64,000 bases of DNA, taken from the NCBI RefSeq assembly GCF_004010195.1, contig NC_057738.1, forward strand, positions 14,268,076 to 14,332,075. The letters are read 5' to 3'. The notes beneath the pieces were generated by a model. That model was not told where the DNA came from and did no database searches. It was given only the letters and a program-made list of their open reading frames with translations. The position numbers were made by a program, and so were the translations under genes. The DNA comes from Chiloscyllium plagiosum (Eukaryota). Positions 60,133-64,000 of the stretch are shown here, one piece after another (position 1 is the stretch's first letter; every line of letters begins with the position of its first letter).

Positions 60133-62029
60133 TAAAGTGTCCTTCCAGTAACTTGTAGCAAAAAATCAAGTCCAAGCATCTACTTAATTTTTTCAAGTTA
60201 ATCAATCTTTACAATTTTTTAAACGTAAGTATTCAAAACAAAATTGGAAGCACCTTATTAAATCAGAGCTAGATATGATTTTTATTTCCATCTAAAGCTG
60301 TGTTTAGAAGAAAATTCAGCAATTTATGGATATTTTTAATTGTACTTCTCCAATTTTCTTTCTTTTGCATTCCCAATTTCCTTCAGTCCATCCCTTATAT
60401 GAGGCTATACTTAGTTAGTCAGGCCTCAACATCTGAAACCCCACCTCTAAATCACTCCATTTCTTCACATCCTTCTCCTTACTGAAGTTGGCCCTTAAAC
60501 TCTATCCTTTTGGTTAATTTTTTTGGTCTAGGATAATGCCTTGAAACATTTTACTTTTACTAGCAAGAGAGATATATTGCTGATGTTTCCATCCCGCGCT
60601 CTTCCAAACAAATGAAAGAATTACAAATTTCAAATAGACATGCAATTTATTCTGAGGGATAAAAGGGTACTGAATGATTGGCAAGATGACCTGAATTGGC
60701 CGAAGCATTGCAATGGAGAAAGCAACAAATAGCGATGGGCTTTCGAAGCACTTGGTTAATTCAAAAAAAGGTGCTTATCCAAGTTACCAGATGAAGCAAA
60801 ATGAGACATCCAATTATTTTATTCTTAAAAATTCAATGTTTCAACCATTTTCCTTTAAAATAGTTGAATGACCATAAACATTTAGAGTTCTGTTGCAGCT
60901 GAAAGTCTGTCATGCAATAATTTGCAATCAATACATTGCAACACATTCTCCCAAATCTGCTTCACTTTTGAAATTTTGAGGCCAATCTAAAAGGAAACTG
61001 GATGAGGAGATAATTGAATCAAATTTCATAGTAACACCTTTTTTAAAAAATCCTGTATTTATAACATATTAATAACACACAGCATTAGCACATACTTATG
61101 AACTGATTACAGTTTTCTCCATTTATATTTTTATAAAAATATTTACCAATTCATCATTCTAGTGCTCTAACACCTTTTTCAATAAACACATTTCTATTTG
61201 TTACATCAGTGTCAGTGGTTATGTACATTTGTTTAACTAGAATATTGCAGCTTTGCTAATCACGAATTGCACTAACTTAAGGTGGAATTTTAAATGAAGT
61301 ATTCCAACATTTTAATCCAAGCCATACTTATACCAAAGAGAAGCAATATTTCTTGGAAGAACCTGGGTAAAGGCTAACTCCAGGTCCTGCCATCCATGTA
61401 CAACTCTGGATCAAGATTTAAACAAAATAAGTTAACATAGCACATCCAGTGGCCCTATGCCTTGTTTGTCACTGAAAGCTTCTCCACCAAAAACACAATA
61501 ATGTGAGTTGCACAGGTCCATACTTGGTTGGTTAAATCAAAATCCAAAACAATCATACCTAACTAACACTCTATCAAAGAAATACTGAAGTCAATATTAG
61601 CACAGAGACAAGAAAGCCAGTATGTGCATGAAAGATTATAGAACACCTTCGAATGGCCCATTTCACCATTATTATTTTAGTTCCCTTGATTGACATTAAA
61701 TGTACTTTCATGGTGAAATTTCATGACAATTTAAAGGGCCAGTTCATAGATGGAATTCGGAGGAGTTGGAAGCTGTGTAAGAAAGACAAAATAGAGAGAA
61801 TACTGTGGAAGATTACGTTCCGGTTCAATGTAGTTTTGCTTACTAGGTGCAACAAGGGGTGTATGTGTTGTGGTATAACGACATACGCCTTTAAGAGACC
61901 ATATTGTGAATTAGTGTCAGTCAATACTACCTCAATGGCATATCGTTCCAATGACTTGTAGGCGATCAGAAGCAACTATCCTACGTTACTTATCCTATGC
62001 TTAGACCCAAGCGATCATTATCTTCACAG

Positions 62030-62360
62030 AAGAACACAAGAAATACAAGTTGGAGTCAACGGTACAGCCCCTTAAGTCTGCTCAGCTATTCAATGTGATC
62101 ATGTCTGATCTGGGCATCAATGCCATTTTGCTGCTCTCTTCCTATATCCCTCGATTTCCTGACATGTCAAAAATCTCTCTATCCCAATCCTAACTGTATC
62201 CAAAGTTCAACAACCTCTAGGACAAGAAATTCCAAAGATTCAACATCCTTTGAGTGAATAAATTTCTCATCACAGTTCTACCTGATCAGACCCTTGTCCT
62301 GTTACTCCGCCAAAATATATTCAAACCCCATGTTTTAGTTTCCATGACTAGAATCCATAC
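62030..62360 (-). mobile_element. CR1 3' end (old)
   Basis: aagaacacaagaaatacaagttggagt...attcaatgtgatcatgtctgatct...gaaattccaaagattc. Confidence 0.65.
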
Positions 62361-62459
62361 AAACGGAGTAAAAAATAATAAGGGAAAAAAGACACTGGAA
62401 AGAAGACACTGATAGTCTCTCTACTCCCTAACAGTGGCTGCTCTGCAGAACAGAGAATA

Positions 62460-64000
62460 AATCAGAACATAATGAGGCATATAAAAAGAGTAGCACATTA
62501 ATCATGAATGACTTTAAATTTCATGTAGATTGGAAAAATCATAGTCAAGGAGTTATACAGCACGGAAACAGACCCTTCTGGCCAACCTATCCATACTGAA
62601 CATAATCCCAAACAAAACTAGTCCCACATGCCTGCTCCTGGCCCATATCCCTTCAAACCTTTCCTGTTCATGTATACATCCAAATGTGTTTTAATCATCA
62701 TAATTGTACCCACACTCATTACTTCCTCAGGAAGTTCATTCTACACACGAACCACCCTCCGTGTAAAACAGTTGAGTAATTGGCGAGGAGGATATCGTAG
62801 AGGGCATTCTGGACAGTTTTCTAAAACAATATCATTGTGAATGCAATCATCAATCCAGTTATTTTGGATTTGATGATGTGTAATGAGGCAGGCTTAATAA
62901 AATATCTGAGTAAAAGATCTTCTGGGGACAGTGACCATAAGATGGTACAATGTAGCATTCAGTATGAGAGAGAGAAACAGATGTCAGAAACAATCGTGTC
63001 AAACTTAAATAAGTGTAATTAGATAGAGATGAGAGCAGAGAGGTCTGAAAAAGCAGTTTAACAGAAAAGATGGTTGAGGAACAATAATAGACATTTCAGA
63101 AAATAATTTATGACTAGCAGCAAAGATTTATCTCAGAGCAGATGAGGCAGATTCTAGGAAGGGAATGAATGGAAGTTAAGTATATTATTTAATTGAAAGA
63201 GAAATGTGACAAAGCTTAGTTGTAAATCAGAATTGGAAAAGTTGTAAAAGCCAAAATAATTACTAATAAATAATAAAGTGGGAAAAAAAACTATCAGGAC
63301 AAATGTTTATGTAACATTAGGATGGACAGCAGGAGCTTCTTTAAATATATAAAAAGGATGAGAAAGGGCAAAGTGAACAAAGGTGCCTAAGAGACCGAGA
63401 CTCTCAAAATAATACTAGGGAATGAAGGAAATAGAGGAGCTGACTCAATACTCTGCATCAGTCTTCGTGGCACAGGACACTATTAGCTTTCCAAACACAC
63501 CAAATAGTCAAGGGGTTACAGAAGGAGAGGGAATAAACACAATAATTATCATGAGAGAAAGAATACAAGGGAGACTAAAGGGGCTAAAGTCCAGTAAGTT
63601 TCCTCGATGGGTTTCATTCCAGGATTTTAAAGAAATGGCTTGAGATTATGGATTCACTGAATCTTTAGCTTCTGGAAAAGTCCCAGATGATTGGAAAACT
63701 ATCATTGTGATGACCTTATTTTTAGCTTGACATTTGTCATTGGGAAAATGTTAGAGCCCTTAAACACATTTAGAGGGACTATAGTATGAGGAGAATGTGA
63801 GCAGTTTGGGCTGGTACTCATTAGAATTTAGAAAAATGAGAGAGCCTTATTGAAACATATAAGGTTCTTACAGAGCTTGATAAGGTAAATGTGGAGATGT
63901 TTTTACCCCTTGTGGGAGAGTTTAGAACCAAACGACAAAACCTTAGAGAAAGGAATACCCATTTAAGACAGAGATTAGGAATTTATTTGCTCTTTCAAAG
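62460..64000 (+). mobile_element. Decayed, internally deleted CR1 ORF2 with nested HER1 3' end (62538-62775, minus strand)
   Basis: DFKFHVDW, ILDLMMCNE.GLI...GDSDHKMV, EELTQYSASVF, GKVPDDWK, and the C-terminal region at 63780-64000. Confidence 0.8.

Noticed and set aside
1-64000. ORF-track entries as host genes
   Set aside because: All are short. The recognisable ones are frameshifted TE remnants or SINE read-throughs, and no consistent exon chain was found.

Overview
This is eukaryotic, repeat-dense DNA, most likely from a shark. That assignment is inferred from HE1-type tRNA-derived SINEs, HER1/CR1 LINEs and Deu-domain SINEs. I can support no intact host protein-coding gene, so the window looks like a large intron or gene desert, with one assembly gap (21501-21968). 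It contains many decayed CR1/L2/RTE LINE fragments, about 12 HE1 SINEs, Gypsy and Harbinger relics, and at least 20 pieces of Penelope-like elements (PLEs, GIY-YIG retroelements) in 4-5 sequence families. Each family carries its own minimal hammerhead ribozyme (CUGANGA-stem II-GAA-palindromic ACGU/AGCU). The most striking pattern is a set of 100-280 bp non-coding PLE-end insertions, several with 10-15 bp target-site duplications (TSDs). They either begin a few nt upstream of the ribozyme core or are tail-out fold-back palindromes that pivot at it. Three near-identical local rearrangements (a tandem duplication, an inversion with flanking inverted duplications, and a template-switch mosaic) also lie at PLE ends. 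All calls were made by eye, so boundaries of old repeats are approximate and family names need database confirmation.
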